Source: Xylographa opegraphella (lineage: Eukaryota). Taken from it: DNA of 64,000 nt. Within the stretch, counting starts at the first letter, position 1. The number at the start of each line of letters is the position of its first letter. The stretch lies in NCBI GenBank assembly GCA_022813865.1, contig JALDZX010000070.1:1-64000 (forward strand), written 5' to 3'. Both the position numbers and the translations under genes were made by a program. Positions 20,643-33,379 of this stretch are shown here, piece after piece. A model generated the notes under the pieces. That model did no database searches. It was not told where the DNA came from and saw nothing but the letters and a program-made list of their open reading frames with translations.

Positions 20643-21189
20643 GTACATAAATTCGCTCCAGAACCTGAGGCAAAGCATTGAAAGCAGAGCGCTGGAAATG
20701 GAGTGTTGGAAGGGCTAACACAACGATGGGGAAAAGTAGATATCATTCTACTCGCTTAGCAGAAAATGTTACCGTAGCCTGAATTAATTAGAAATCCTGC
20801 GCGAGATGGAATTGCGCCACTGAAACAGCAATCTTCTAGAATCTCCTGCAGTACCGGTGTTTGTGGTCATGTTTTACATGCGAAGCCACAACGTGTGATT
20901 CGCATGTCGCTGAAACGGAGGACTCTCCGCCCAGTACGCCACTGTTAGTTCCAGCCAAGCCCGCTAATATCACTGGCGCTTGGCCCCTGCGTAGAGGGAG
21001 TTCAGTTACCGTATCGGGACAGCTTCAAGACGCGCGCAAGGCGACGAGAACACGCTCTCGAGCACGCATTTCTGCAGCCTTCCAGCGGCACGGCAACAAT
21101 CATGCGACTCCCGCATATGCAAGTATAGACTGAACAGTGTCTGTGGCGCACGGTCGCAGTCCCAAACATTGCCCACCCGCCTATCAACA

Positions 21190-24100
21190 ATGGACTCTGT
21201 TTTCCTTGGCCAGCCCGTCTTCAATCCGCGTCCAATCTCGCCCCTCAATTTCGAGCCTTTCGAGCCTTTGCCAGAAGATGTTATCCTCCCCGGGTCGAGC
21301 GATGAAGATAGCCAGGGCACTCGGAAGCGGAAAAAGAGGCGCCGGGAGGACATTGGGTACCAATATTTGAGGCAACAGGCGGGTTACACGATCACCTTCA
21401 GATTGAAGGGACCATTTGAAAACGGATGGCGCAACCCATACCGAGATCACGGGGTGGTCTTAACTGCAGCGCAGGTCGCTGGCATGCGGAACAGGAGAGA
21501 AGCACGTGAGAAGCAGGGCGTGAGGGCGAGCTCGCCAATCGACCTTACCTCGGGCGCAGAGGAGGACGAGGTTGTTAAAGTTAAGAAGCATGCAGTGGGG
21601 AGATTACCTGCTCGCAAGGATAATTCTGCGGCCCATGGGTGGCCTACGTCCACTGTTGACAGACTCCGAACGAACGAACCTGAAGTCGCTAGAGCAGGAA
21701 CACCAATTCCCAGACGACAACCTCGAGTACAGCGCGCCACTACGCTCGTATCAGAGGGACCTGTCGGCAGAAATAACGTGGCTGAATTAAGTGGACGAAT
21801 ACAAGAGGTTGAAGGTGACCAGGAGAACGAAGATGAACCTCAGGAAGAAGAAATCGAAGAGTTGGGGCAAGACGAGTTTGGCCTAGAGGAGAGCAGAGCA
21901 CCCTCTGTGGAGCTCGAGTACTCCAGCCAGAGTCAGAGCCGGCATCGGGAGGCAAGTGACACCAGCGATGGAGGACATCTCAACGTGCACTCACCTACGA
22001 CTAAGCCGCGACTTGAGAGAAGGGTAGTCGTCAAAAGAATTAGAGATATTCGCCAACGGCTTCGTTTGCAAGAAAAGGGGTCTGATTCTATGGACGAACT
22101 GCTGCTGGAAGAAGAGGTCTTGGAAGATCGTGTATCTGCGCTATCGGCGGTAATCGCTGATATGAAGGAATCCGGCAATGACAAAACAATAGTGCGGCAG
22201 AAGCGCGGCAGAGATGAGAGACATAAGGATGAAAGTGTGAAAGTACTATCAGTCGATAAGCCGAAACAGGTCGAATCACGACCCAAAGAAGCTTTCCCTT
22301 GTGTGGGGACCAACGCAAAGACTCACAAAGCAAATGGGGAATTTACAGATTTCCGAGAAGTTCGGCCACTTGCGCTACATCGCGGAGGCCGTCCGAAGAC
22401 AGAAGAAAAGGCTGAAGAAGTAAGAATGGTGAAGGCCGAGCAGGCTGATAGTAACGCAGATATACTACGGATGCCCAGCTTTCGTACCGATTCGAGTGAA
22501 ATATCGCATGCGGTGTCTTCGGAATCCAACGGAAAACAGCACAGTGCGAAAAAAATTCGCAGAAGTGAGAAGAGACGTGAACGCACACGTGAGAAGAGAC
22601 ACAAAGCGGCTCGGGAAAGGCTTGCTCTCCAGCAAGGAGGCGAAGCTCAAACTAAAGGTGTCCATCAAGATGATGTTGGAAATCAGATTGTTGAACCCGG
22701 TCCATCACCGAAACCACTTGCTCGCAACATCAAACCCCACCACCCAATCGAACTACGCGAAGGAAAGCTGGGCTGGGGCTTTGGTGGAAAGCTTCCGCGA
22801 ATGGGAGAAGCGATCAATGCCGAAAACAAGAAGATGCTTGATGCTGGTGACCGTATTGGTGTAATTGAAGTACCACTAACTAAGATCGAGACGATCAAGC
22901 AGCGAAGAAGACCTGCACGCAAGAAGTACCAATCCGAGGCGAGGACCCAGGAGAATGAGACCACAACCAATGACGACAACGTCGTATTTGGTATCTGGAA
23001 CAGTAAAGCAAACGTGGTAGGCACCAAAGGTGAGCGAGTGCCGATTATTATTATTGATGATTACGATTCTCTTGTATCGCCATCTCCCGTTTCCTTAAGT
23101 GCTGCTTGTTCGAGCGGGTGGAAGCCTAATAAATGGCTGTCTGGTGGACAAGATTATGCAGAACGAGTACTAAGGGAGCATTTAGCATCGATCGAAGCGG
23201 GCGGTCCCTCGTTAGATCCTTTTCAAAGTTCTCTAAGATCTTCTTCGATTGGATCTCCTGATGCTGCACGAGAACGAAATGTGCGAGAGACGAGAGCAGA
23301 TCTACAAAGACTATCGAAGGACAACATTGTCGATCTCACGGATTCCGAAACACCTGAAGCTTCCTCTGCGACAGCGCTACCCGAAGCTCAGGCGATCGAG
23401 GTAAGTTTGGATTTAAAGCAAACGACATTGAAACCGCAAACTGTGAGTAGGCGTGCATCGGTCGATTCTGTGAATACGGCCTGGAAAAAGGACCAGTCGA
23501 GCTTCTTCGGTGAAAGTCTGAGTAGTGAACTACAGGGTGTTTCTATGGACTGGCGACCCGATAAAAAACATTCTAAGCATAAAGATGAGGCAAAAATACA
23601 ATCTCGAAAGGTGGAGCGGAACAATCTGGCATCAATGCCACCGCAGGTATCGGGTCAATTCACCAATGACGGGAGGGACTCAGTGGCCGATAAGCAAAAA
23701 GGGGTCCTGCCCAAGAATATACTGAATCCAGGGAACCGAGCGGTGGAGGTGACCGAGGAAGAGACAAAAGCTTCAATGTCATTGACAGAGGCGCTTGTCA
23801 GGTGTATGGATACGAGTAGTGAGAATGAGCCCGTGGAGAATGGTTCACAATCATACGCACACTCTTTTGAAGTATCTCCCAGTCGTGCTCAGGCCCCGTC
23901 AGACCCTGTCATTCATACTGAAGTCAATCTTACCTCTGGGGAGAAGGCACAAGCAACGAAGAATCATGTCGAAGAAGCAGCTCTTGTTGCTACTGGTGAG
24001 ATGGTATCGGGCGATATAGATGCAACTTCCCGCGATGGTTCCGCATCCAAGAAGCTGAAAGGAGAACCGCTACGAAAGCAGAAAGACAAGCAAAAACCAG

Positions 24101-25677
24101 TGAACGAACAACGATCGTCCCGGGAAGTGTTTCTTCAATCTTTACGTTTACACGTGTCACAAAAAGCAGGCAAGAATGGCTTAACAACAAGCCTTGACAC
24201 GTCTACTATATCTCCACATGTCCTTCCAGCATCGACCAACTTGTCTCAATTCCAATACAACCGGGTAGATACTGCATCTAGATCTGCCTCATCCGACAAA
24301 AATCTTCCCAAACGGAAACAGAAACCCACCACTCCAGTGCTTACAAAAGCCCAGGCCAAGCGACGTATCAGCTTTACTCCGAATGGGAACGTTAAAGGTG
24401 TCGCTGAGGGCCACGCAACGGCGCTCAACCCACAAGGTTCTCAGGCATCACCAATCGTCATTGAGGAGGCCTCGATTCAATGGCAAAAATCTTCTACCAG
24501 CAAAAGTACACCTTCCAAGGTACAAAAGCCATCTGAGGATGGTACATTAAAGAGCATTGCTGAGGTCTTGCCCGAAGCTCAAGTCGTTGCGGAAAAGCTA
24601 CCATCCGGACCGTCAACAAATCTGCTCGAAACGGACAAGCAATCCTTAAAGTTCCCGAGTGTTGAAGAAACTGAGCCATCCGACCATTTTTCGACCCAAG
24701 CCGAGCTTGCCAAAGCACAGCTCTCATTCAAGCGCGAGCTCCAATCACCAGTCAAACTGCAAGAGGCCTCTTCGCCCTCAAAGTCGCCCCTAAGACAAAC
24801 GTCAGCCTCCGAGCTCTACCGAGATGACAACCCATCCAGGAGTCCTCCGCTGACGTCCCCAAACCCCTACACCGGTGCCCCGCCTCCTTCCAGCAGCAGC
24901 GAAGAATTACCCAGCACCCAAGGCATGATCGACGCCCTCTCCCCCTTCGCCATAAGCACCATCAAAAAGCCCCGCAAATTCCTGCACAATCTCACTCGAC
25001 CAGCCGCTGCCGTCTACGGTTACATCTGGGGAGCCAGCCAGGACGAACACAGCGGGCCAGCCATTAAGTCTGGATCGGCCAATGCATCCAGCCGTGAAAA
25101 CCCAGCTGCCCCTCCCCCAGAACCCGCAACAGATCTCCCCTCTACCCCCTTCGCCCCATCCCCCAACCTGCCAGAACCGACCCTCGACCCCGCCCTCACA
25201 TTCAACTACCCCACCATCGACATGTCCACCAGCGACTCCTCCACCCCCGAACCCACGCACGACCTCTCCCAGCCCACCGAGTCCGCCACACCCGCCGCTC
25301 CGCTCCACCCCTCCCGCACGCTGAACAGCGCCTTCCCGCCCTCCGACGACGAGGAATCCGACTTCGAGACGACGCAGAAAGAGCACAACCTCAGCACCGA
25401 GCTGTCCCTCGTCGCGCCCAGCCAGCGCACGCTGCGGAGCTATCACAGCGCGCGCGCGGGCGAGGCGCCTGCGCGCAAGAGCTTGAGCCAGGATGGGCAG
25501 CGGCGCAGTGGGGTGGAGGCAGCGGTGGAGGAGGCGGAGAGTTGGTTGGGGACGTGGGATTTGGAGGGGGAGGCGAGGATAGGGACGGGAACGGTGGGGA
25601 GTGGGAGTGGGAGTGGGAGTGGGAGTGGGAGTGGGAGTGGAGTGGTAAGAGGGGAGGGGATTAGGGTGGTTTTGTAG
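21190..25677 (+). CDS. Large, mostly disordered hypothetical protein (~1495 aa)
   Basis: Uninterrupted 4.5-kb ORF. N-terminal KRKKRRREDIGYQYL...LKGPFENGWRNPY block, FSTQAELAKAQLSF and STQGMIDALSPFAISTIKK motifs, C-terminal SWLGTWDLE. Confidence 0.85.
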   Translation: MDSVFLGQPVFNPRPISPLNFEPFEPLPEDVILPGSSDEDSQGTRKRKKRRREDIGYQYLRQQAGYTITFRLKGPFENGWRNPYRDHGVVLTAAQVAGMRNRREAREKQGVRASSPIDLTSGAEEDEVVKVKKHAVGRLPARKDNSAAHGWPTSTVDRLRTNEPEVARAGTPIPRRQPRVQRATTLVSEGPVGRNNVAELSGRIQEVEGDQENEDEPQEEEIEELGQDEFGLEESRAPSVELEYSSQSQSRHREASDTSDGGHLNVHSPTTKPRLERRVVVKRIRDIRQRLRLQEKGSDSMDELLLEEEVLEDRVSALSAVIADMKESGNDKTIVRQKRGRDERHKDESVKVLSVDKPKQVESRPKEAFPCVGTNAKTHKANGEFTDFREVRPLALHRGGRPKTEEKAEEVRMVKAEQADSNADILRMPSFRTDSSEISHAVSSESNGKQHSAKKIRRSEKRRERTREKRHKAARERLALQQGGEAQTKGVHQDDVGNQIVEPGPSPKPLARNIKPHHPIELREGKLGWGFGGKLPRMGEAINAENKKMLDAGDRIGVIEVPLTKIETIKQRRRPARKKYQSEARTQENETTTNDDNVVFGIWNSKANVVGTKGERVPIIIIDDYDSLVSPSPVSLSAACSSGWKPNKWLSGGQDYAERVLREHLASIEAGGPSLDPFQSSLRSSSIGSPDAARERNVRETRADLQRLSKDNIVDLTDSETPEASSATALPEAQAIEVSLDLKQTTLKPQTVSRRASVDSVNTAWKKDQSSFFGESLSSELQGVSMDWRPDKKHSKHKDEAKIQSRKVERNNLASMPPQVSGQFTNDGRDSVADKQKGVLPKNILNPGNRAVEVTEEETKASMSLTEALVRCMDTSSENEPVENGSQSYAHSFEVSPSRAQAPSDPVIHTEVNLTSGEKAQATKNHVEEAALVATGEMVSGDIDATSRDGSASKKLKGEPLRKQKDKQKPVNEQRSSREVFLQSLRLHVSQKAGKNGLTTSLDTSTISPHVLPASTNLSQFQYNRVDTASRSASSDKNLPKRKQKPTTPVLTKAQAKRRISFTPNGNVKGVAEGHATALNPQGSQASPIVIEEASIQWQKSSTSKSTPSKVQKPSEDGTLKSIAEVLPEAQVVAEKLPSGPSTNLLETDKQSLKFPSVEETEPSDHFSTQAELAKAQLSFKRELQSPVKLQEASSPSKSPLRQTSASELYRDDNPSRSPPLTSPNPYTGAPPPSSSSEELPSTQGMIDALSPFAISTIKKPRKFLHNLTRPAAAVYGYIWGASQDEHSGPAIKSGSANASSRENPAAPPPEPATDLPSTPFAPSPNLPEPTLDPALTFNYPTIDMSTSDSSTPEPTHDLSQPTESATPAAPLHPSRTLNSAFPPSDDEESDFETTQKEHNLSTELSLVAPSQRTLRSYHSARAGEAPARKSLSQDGQRRSGVEAAVEEAESWLGTWDLEGEARIGTGTVGSGSGSGSGSGSGSGVVRGEGIRVVL
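25597..25638 (+). repeat. (GGGAGT)7 coding hexamer repeat (Gly-Ser run)
   Basis: Seven exact gggagt units near the 3' end of the long ORF. Confidence 0.9.
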
Positions 25678-26547
25678 AGTGGTAGGGGGAGGAGGGGATG
25701 CTTGTTTGGGGAGAAACGGAGTGGGGTGACTACGAATTTTGGAAGGGCATGAGGATAGCATGGTTGATGTTGGGGTGATTTATGAGCCATGATCGCAATG
25801 TATGATGTTTCCCACAGGAAGAGCCCAGGCTTGGCTGGGCTGCTTTGCTTGACCTGCATTGCAGAGATGAATGTACTACTACATCCAAACTGAAACCCGT
25901 AAACATGTAATACTATCCGCTCGCCATTTGCAGCTACAACGCGCCGCCAGCCGTGCTCGGTAAGAGGATGACAGGCGAGTCGAGGACGCCATGCTTCGGT
26001 TTAGAGAGTCCCTAAACTGTAGGCGAGTATTGCCCGAAGCTCAAAAGTAACAATAAATACCCTCACAGCTCATGCGAGGAAACCCCTCATCAATTCCAGC
26101 ACCATCACTATCCGGAAAGCAACAGGCTACGAAATACGATCGCCAAATCGCTCTTCGAGATGGCTATCCCTCCTGCCCTGGAATTTGTACAGAGATTAAA
26201 GTTTGATAACTAGGGCACGACACTAGCTTCGCGGTGAACGATATTCACTGCGTTAGAGCAGAAAGATGTCGACTTCGCGCGATCTGCTCAATGCTTATTT
26301 CAACGTCGTACCTCGGCTTTTTTCGATGAATAGGAGGGCACCGCGGACGTGCTTTTGAATAGTTGTGCTGGGGATGATTCGTTCTGTAGCAGGGACACAG
26401 AGCTTTCGTGGTCTTGGTGGTGGATGATTTATTCTGCTGTGGTTTCGGTTGCAAAGCCGCTCGGTCAAATCAATTAAATGTCTTATTATACAAGGCTCTG
26501 ATGCTGTATTCATGCCGTATAGTGCCATTTCCAATCGTCCAGCATAA

Positions 26548-28506
26548 TTAACTCGAAAGCACTGTGTCAGTCATACCTGTACCGAGCGTAGTAACAAGCA
26601 TGTCTCCCGGGATAGTGTCGTTTTGCTCCAGCTTCTCAACGACTTCAAATTTTCTATCAAGTTTCGAATCGACCTTCTTGTATCGGATACTCCAATTGAT
26701 TAATGAGCTATGTCTTTCAAATGTCAAATTTAGCGAAGGTAGCGCAATCAGCCTTCGCACCCCAGGGGGAAGAACCACGTCGTCAGCAAATGCTATCACG
26801 GGTATTGTCCATCGAATACTGCCTGGTGCAGCTTCATGTAATTCGGCCCAATCAGCTCGAGCAAGTTTTTGAGTCAGCTGGCCGGCCAGGTCTGATGGGC
26901 ATAAGGGACGAACACAGATGTCCCAAGGTGTATCGTTCTGCAATTGGATCCAGAAGCGACCGTCCCAGAGGACAAAGTTCTTGGTTGCCGTCTGTTTGGG
27001 GACGAGAAGTGTAGGGGGGAGTGTGTTAGAACGATACGGTTGACGAGACAGCTTCCAGACGCTTTGGTTGCCAGATAAGTCTCGTCGAGAGTAAGGACTG
27101 TCATCCTCGGAACTTGGTGGAGAATTGAGTTGTTGTGAAACTGTAATAGAACCTGAAGCCGCAAGTTCTGACCGTTGAATTCTCACGCCACCTACTGTGA
27201 GCCCCAGTGACATATTTTTGCTGGTACAAATAGCTGTAGTAGCCGCTTGAAGTCTCTGCAATCGTACAGTCTCCAGTGGCGACACTAGCTCTAGAAATCC
27301 CCTCAGAAGAATGCTCACGCTGGACAGGTGCTCGATCTCCCCTTTTCTGAGCTTTTCATGCGTGTACGATTCGGCGAGGTCGGAAGATGAGATTTCTCCT
27401 GAAAGGCGAACGACCAATGAGCCCACTCGGTTGTCAAATGACAAGATATCGCTGGCACGTCGTAAGCGCTCTACAGACTTTTCCAGGTCCCCAACTCTCG
27501 ATTGAGCAGATATTGCAAGCTCCAACAGCGATGGCTTCTGGAGGGCGAATGGGAGTCTCCCCTTTGTCAATAACTGCCTTACAGTATTGCGAGCTGTGAG
27601 AGTAGGATCTTGGTTGGTCTTGTCCTCTACCCATTCTATGCCCCCAGCTACGCATGTAGCAATCAACCTTTCTTTTGCGAATGATAAAAGAGGACGATAG
27701 AGACTGATTCCACCGCACTCGAACGGAATGCACTTTGCATCAGATCGGGGTTTTCCAGCAGCTCCCGAGCTGATATACATGTTGCGAGCATTCTTATGTC
27801 CGTTACCTCCGCTACGGCATAAGCCATGTATACCCCAACATTCAGGTATATCAGCAGACTCGCTCATTCCTTGAAGCCCAACTGTTTTGTGGTGCATTGA
27901 AAGCCTGACGAGAACCGTCTCAGCCTGATCATCCGCGTGATGAGCCGATAACAACGATTCGATGGATTGTTCATGACAAGCATGGCCCAGAAGCGGGTAG
28001 CGAAGCCGACGGGCTTCGGACTCAAAGTTTGCGATGTTGGACGGATTTAATTCTTGCGGCCAACTCAGTTTGAGGACTCGTGATTGGATTCCTGGCACCA
28101 TCATGAGCGAATTGTTCGTGACTGTCTACTGCCGCTGGCAACCATACCTAATCTTCTAAGCCTTTCCGCGACAAGACTGGCCTCATCAGTACTGCCATCT
28201 CGAGCTCTGTGGTCCACCACAAAAGCTGTAAGAGAGAAATCCAGACCACCCCGATCCACAGTAGGCAACGCTTTCATTGATTGACATAGATGGGCCAGTG
28301 CCATTGAGTCGACACCTCCACTGACAGCAAGCCCTAGACAGTGATCTCGTAAGCATATTGTAAAATCACATCGCTACCCAAAGTGTACCCAATGCTTGCA
28401 CTTGGTTCCCAAGTTTTGGTTGCCAGGCATGGCGTAAAGCCAAGTAGAACTCGGACGCAGTGATGGGTTTTGCAACCTTCGATATGGTTCTTCTGACGAC
28501 TGGCAT
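26548..28506 (-). CDS. tilS: TilS-like tRNA(Ile)-lysidine synthetase (PP-loop family), probably mitochondrial; 3 exons
   Basis: Spliced GLAVSGGVDSMALA (PP-loop), VDHRAR, ESEARRLRY, AHHADDQAET, RPLL and WVEDKTNQDPTLTARNTVR. Introns at ~28334-28388 and ~28092-28148. Alternative upstream ATG at 28554. Confidence 0.85.
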
Positions 28507-28839
28507 TGCAAAAGAAGTATAGCGGCCATGCTGAGAACTGTTCACCTGGTGCACTGCATACAGTGCGTCTATTTGAGGTGAAATCGCACGTTTTGGAAAA
28601 GCTTCCAGTGCCGAAGGACGAGCAAAGCTTCATGATCCCTGCTAGCGCTTTAGAGCTTCCAATGACGCACTAAAGTACGAAGTATCACGAACTTTTCCAC
28701 AGTGAGATCTTCAGCTCAGTCTTTCACCAGCTACCTTGTATTGGTGAGTACATAATGCACGCTCCACACAGGATTGCAAGGTCGACAGCCAAGATCTTTC
28801 GCTCCGCATGATGGCTTCTTTAAACACAATACAACGACC

Positions 28840-29796
28840 ATGTCTGGCACATTCAAGACCGAAAGCCCCTTCACCCGGGCCCTAATCGTAAGCCCATCTC
28901 TCCACATCCACCTTTCCCGAAGAACGTCTTTCGTCTGATGCCCAGCATGACTCCTCCCTTCGCTTTCCAAAAGCCCTATTAACACCCTCATGCAGGCTGG
29001 CGCCTTAGCTGGCACCACCGTCGACCTCTCCCTCTACCCCATCGACACGCTCAAAACCCGCCTGCAATCCTCCGCCGGCTTTTCCGCCTCGGGCGGCTTC
29101 CGCGGCATCTACGCAGGCGTAGGTTCCGCCGTTATCGGCTCCGCCCCCGGCGCGGCTCTCTTCTTCGTCACGTACGAAGCCACCAAGACGTACCTACACT
29201 CCTACGTCCGAAGCCCACAGACCGCGCAATGGGTGGATCCACTTACGCATATGGCGGCAGCCTCGCTGGGCGAGGTGGCCGCGTGCGCGGTGCGCGTGCC
29301 CACTGAGGTCGTCAAGCAGCGTGCGCAGGCGGTGCAGTTCCGGAGCTCGTTTGCGGCGCTGCAGGCGATCCTGGCGCGGCGGGGCGTGGTGGGTGTGGGA
29401 GGCGTGTGGAAGGAGTTGTATCGTGGGTGGAGCGTGACGGTGCTGAGAGAGGTGCCATTTACGGTGATCCAGTTCCCGCTGTGGGAGGCCTTGAAGGAGT
29501 GGCGGCGGAGGAGGACTGGGCGGGATGGCATCTCGGCCGGGGAGAGTGCGCTGTTCGGTAGCGTAGCGGGGGCGGTCGCGGCGGGAGTGACGACACCGCT
29601 GGATGTGCTGAAGACGAGGATGATGTTGGCGCGGGAGAAGGTGGGGGCGGGGGAGATGGCGGGGAGGATGTTAAGGGATGGCGGGATGGGTGTATTTTTC
29701 AAGGGTATGGGGCCAAGGGTGGTGTGGATCTCGGTTGGAGGGGCGGTGTTTTTGGGTAGTTACCAGTGGGCATTCAATGCGATGGGAGGGGTCTAG
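28840..29796 (+). CDS. SAM5: Mitochondrial S-adenosylmethionine carrier (SLC25 family); 2 exons
   Basis: MSGTFKTESPFTRALI, intron ~28888-28995, then AGALAGTTVDLSLYPIDTLKTRLQ. Three carrier signatures (PIDTLKTR, PTEVVKQR, PLDVLKTR), GSAPGAALFF and REVPFTVIQFPLWE. Confidence 0.92.
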
Positions 29797-29940
29797 AGGA
29801 TTGTAATGTATTTATCTGATTGTATATAAGCTACCGATTCCATGGAATACCACGGCACACTAATTATACGATTGTGGATACAAAATGCTGTATATCTTCC
29901 GAGGTATCCAGAGTAGTTTCCACCAATGTTTTCAATGTAT

Positions 29941-32900
29941 CTAGCTTTGTTCGGGGGACACACCATTGCTGACAACAGGCTCTGCTGCTGGTGGGTTGGC
30001 GAGTTTACTTTCCAGATCTGGCCTCCGCCCGTTGGATTTATAGTACAAGATCACATCTCCGCCTGTCTTCCATACGTGAGCCCGCAGTGTAGCAAGGGTC
30101 ATGGTGTTAGGAACAATCTTTTGATAGTAATTAGCACAAGAATGCATTTCAGATGCGAAAGGATAACTATAAGCTTGACTTACTTGGTCGTGGCAGTAAA
30201 GGTCGAGGTATTCCTCAGGCAATATGGCGTCTGGATCAGGCTGCTCGGGTTGTGTTTCAATCCGCTCGGCCACATAAGTAAGAATCTTCTTTGCTCGAAG
30301 CATGCGATTCGCGTTGAGGCGGGAGTTTCTATGAGGAGTTCAATACGACATTCCATCACATAAAGGCTTCAACTACTGACCCATCTGTACTGGCGATACT
30401 GGGCAATAGGTCTTGATATGGCTGTAGGACAAAGGAGACTTTGACCGTATCTTTGTACGGAACTTGGTTCTAGCAAGCATTAGCAAATCATCCAAAATGT
30501 TCTCATTGATTTTCTCACTCTCAGTAGCAAATCACCCAACCACATGGGTGCTGTTTTTTCAATCACGTCGGCATCTTTACCGACAGAATCCACGGTTCCC
30601 CTGTACAAATCGGCCATACCACCAGAATCTGGCCGATCTTCTTGTATTATGACTGTAGTGAATGGTGGTGGCTTCAAGACTGGTGTTTCGCTTGGAAGAC
30701 TCGGACTGATACCGCTTGGCAGAGGAGCTCCGGGGTTGGCTAGTAGCTGTTCGTCATAATCATTTCTAATCTTCTGCAAGATGCCATAGAAGTTGTCTTC
30801 CACAATCTTATCCTCCTTTTCTGAAGACTTGTCGGATTCCTCGGATTTGTCATCGACAACAACAGGCTTGACCTCCGCCGATGATCGTCCAAGCTTCTTT
30901 GGAAAGTTCATTCGAAACTTCTTTCCGAATAATGAGCCACCTTTCCCGTCCTTATCAGGCTCCGTCGGCGACTGAGGCATGGCTTCTGCCTCTACAGGGT
31001 TGGTCGTTTCACTACTCTTTCCAGCAGCAACCGGCTGCGGGGGTGCCGCGCTTGAAAAGTAGTCTCCTGAAGTTCTGGAATTACTGATATGTGACTTGGT
31101 TGTTTCAAGATGGCTACCTTCTTCAGCCGTGCTCGGCAGGTGGTTCTGCACATTATTTCCATGGATTGGAGGGGCGACAGCGGGAGTGGCCACGCCGATG
31201 GCAAGTCCAGGAGTAGTAGCCGGGTAATGGAATCCATTGATCGGTTTCGGAGTTATGACCGAGGCCTCGTCGTCATGATCCTGCTGCCAACCATTCACCT
31301 CTTTTATTGGTAGCTGAAGCGAGCGAGGCGCATTCTCTCTTCGAAATCCACTTGAATGATGAGCCGTCGCAAGAAGGGACGCACGGTATGCTTCATCCCG
31401 TTTGATTTCCTCGTCGATTAGGCTGCCAAACAGATATCGTAGCACCCATTTCCCTAGGTTTACTGATAAAGCGTAGTCAGTTTAAAATTCTGTAATTACG
31501 GAAAGGCCTTGAATCTGCAGTAACAATCTTAGACGGAGCATTGACTTACTTCTTTGGTCTTCCCTGAACGTGATTGCTTCGTCCACTGTGAGCTCGTCTG
31601 CGTATAGTTCGGCATCAAAACAATAGTTTTCTTCCAGTATCACTGCCAGCCTCCCTGTCCGTGTATCCACGCCGCACCAGTTTGCCACACTCTCCATGGT
31701 GTTGACTTCAGGCGTGACATCTTCAAGGTGTCTTTTACCAAACGATTGAACAGGCACGCCCTTACAGAGTTTTAGCATCACATTTTACCCAGAGTACTTC
31801 TCGCAACTGACTTTGAGTAGATCCCAGAGCATGACTTCGCCCGCCGTGTCTAAGGTTAGAACCCTTTTCCTATCATTCAGCATTACGTGCTTTATCAAGC
31901 CATTCTGGCCTTCAATGGATTCTTCCGGCAGACTATAGTATGGTTGGACTATGCCAGGATCTATCTCGATAACAGCCTCAGACGGTTTTCTCCCGGATAA
32001 TGCTGCCCCAGTCTCTGGATCTCGAACTTTAGATATCGTAAATGGTGCAGTGTTAGATATCCGTAAGACACTAGCGAACGGAATCTTCTTGTTTTGTTCA
32101 GTACTCTGTTTTGGTTCCTCGTCAGGGGGCGGAGATGGCAACTTGGATACGCTGGCTAGACTTGCAACGCGGTTCTGACGTGGTGATTCAGGTGCCTGGA
32201 TATCGATTGAAGTATCGACATCTCTCCAACGATTGATGCTCGAGCTCGAAGTGGCAGTCCAGAAATAGTTTCCTGCAACTACAACTTTATCGACGCCCTC
32301 ATGTTCTTGAGCCACCGCTATCGAAAGCCCTTCATCCATGTCCGCATTGCCTCGAACATCCGTTTTTGCAACCATGCCTGAACGATCGCTGGAGTAGAAG
32401 ACCGAGAGCTGCGGATGATCGGAATAGAGCGACCACACGCTGTCGTTATGCATCGTGAGAGTGTGCATACATCTTCCAGCAGCCACTGACCACACCTTGA
32501 TAGTCTGATCCGAAGAAGCTGTCATGATGGTATCTCCATCTTGATTGATCAGAATATCCCGAACATTGTCCGTATGGCCCACGAATTTGGTAATCCGTTT
32601 TCCCGACTTGGGATCCCACAATCTGACTATACTCTCGGGGCCTCCACTAGCCATGATAGAACCGCGAACGCTTAATGCATAGACAGACCCCTTGGCGCTG
32701 GTTTCATCTTCACCAACAGCGATCTGGAGTTTCTCACCTCCTCCATTAAGATCCCATAGCCGTATTTTGTGATCCAGACCCCCAGACGCAACCCAGTCGG
32801 AATGCGGCCCCGGCGATGCCAAACACTTGACGTAGTCGCTATGGAGTCCAATCGTTGTTGCCGACTGGCCATCTTCGCCATACGGCCGCCATACCTTCAC

Positions 32901-33379
32901 TGTGATGTCTGAGGAAGCTGATACAAGGGCAGTGTTGTTTTGGGCGAGGATGATGTCGTTCACCCAGTGAGTATGGGCTTGAACCTGACTGCGAAAGGAA
33001 GATGTAGCCTTATTGGCTCCGCCTGCAGGTTTTGGGTCATCCGGTGAGGAGAAAGGGTTCTGCGTCTCAAAGTCGTTATTCTTCAGGTCGAGGTTCAAGT
33101 CCCATGCGCAGATAACACCATCACGGCCGCCGGAATAACTGCATGCAGATCAACCATTGGGTTCTGTTCGTGCTCTAGGGAGTCTCTTACAGTATTGACC
33201 GATCGCTATCAACAGCCAGACCATTCACTCCCAGACGATGTCCTCCCGGAGAATTCGCAAGAGGTAGAACTGTCCCATCACATATCTTGTCAGTGTGCTG
33301 TCACTATTACAGATGAGCTATTGTGGAGGGGGGGGGTCACGGCACCATAGCTTATGCGCTGGCGGGCCTTGCGCGCCAT
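29941..33379 (-). CDS. WD40-repeat deubiquitinase cofactor WDR48/UAF1 (Duf1/Bun107-like); multi-exon
   Basis: [11 protein letters not shown]..., [82 protein letters not shown] and [20 protein letters not shown], joined by several short introns. Confidence 0.92.

Noticed and set aside
24907..25859. Long minus-strand ORFs overlapping the 3' end of the 1,500-aa gene
   Set aside because: They are antisense frames kept open by high GC and the GGGAGT repeat, with no protein-like motifs.
26003..26225. GAGAGTCCCT...GGCG-AGTAT-TGCC resembling RNase MRP CR-I/P8
   Set aside because: The loop is not GARAR and the candidate 3' partner (TAGGGCAC) cannot form a full P4 helix. A chance match is likely, though an Rfam scan would settle it.
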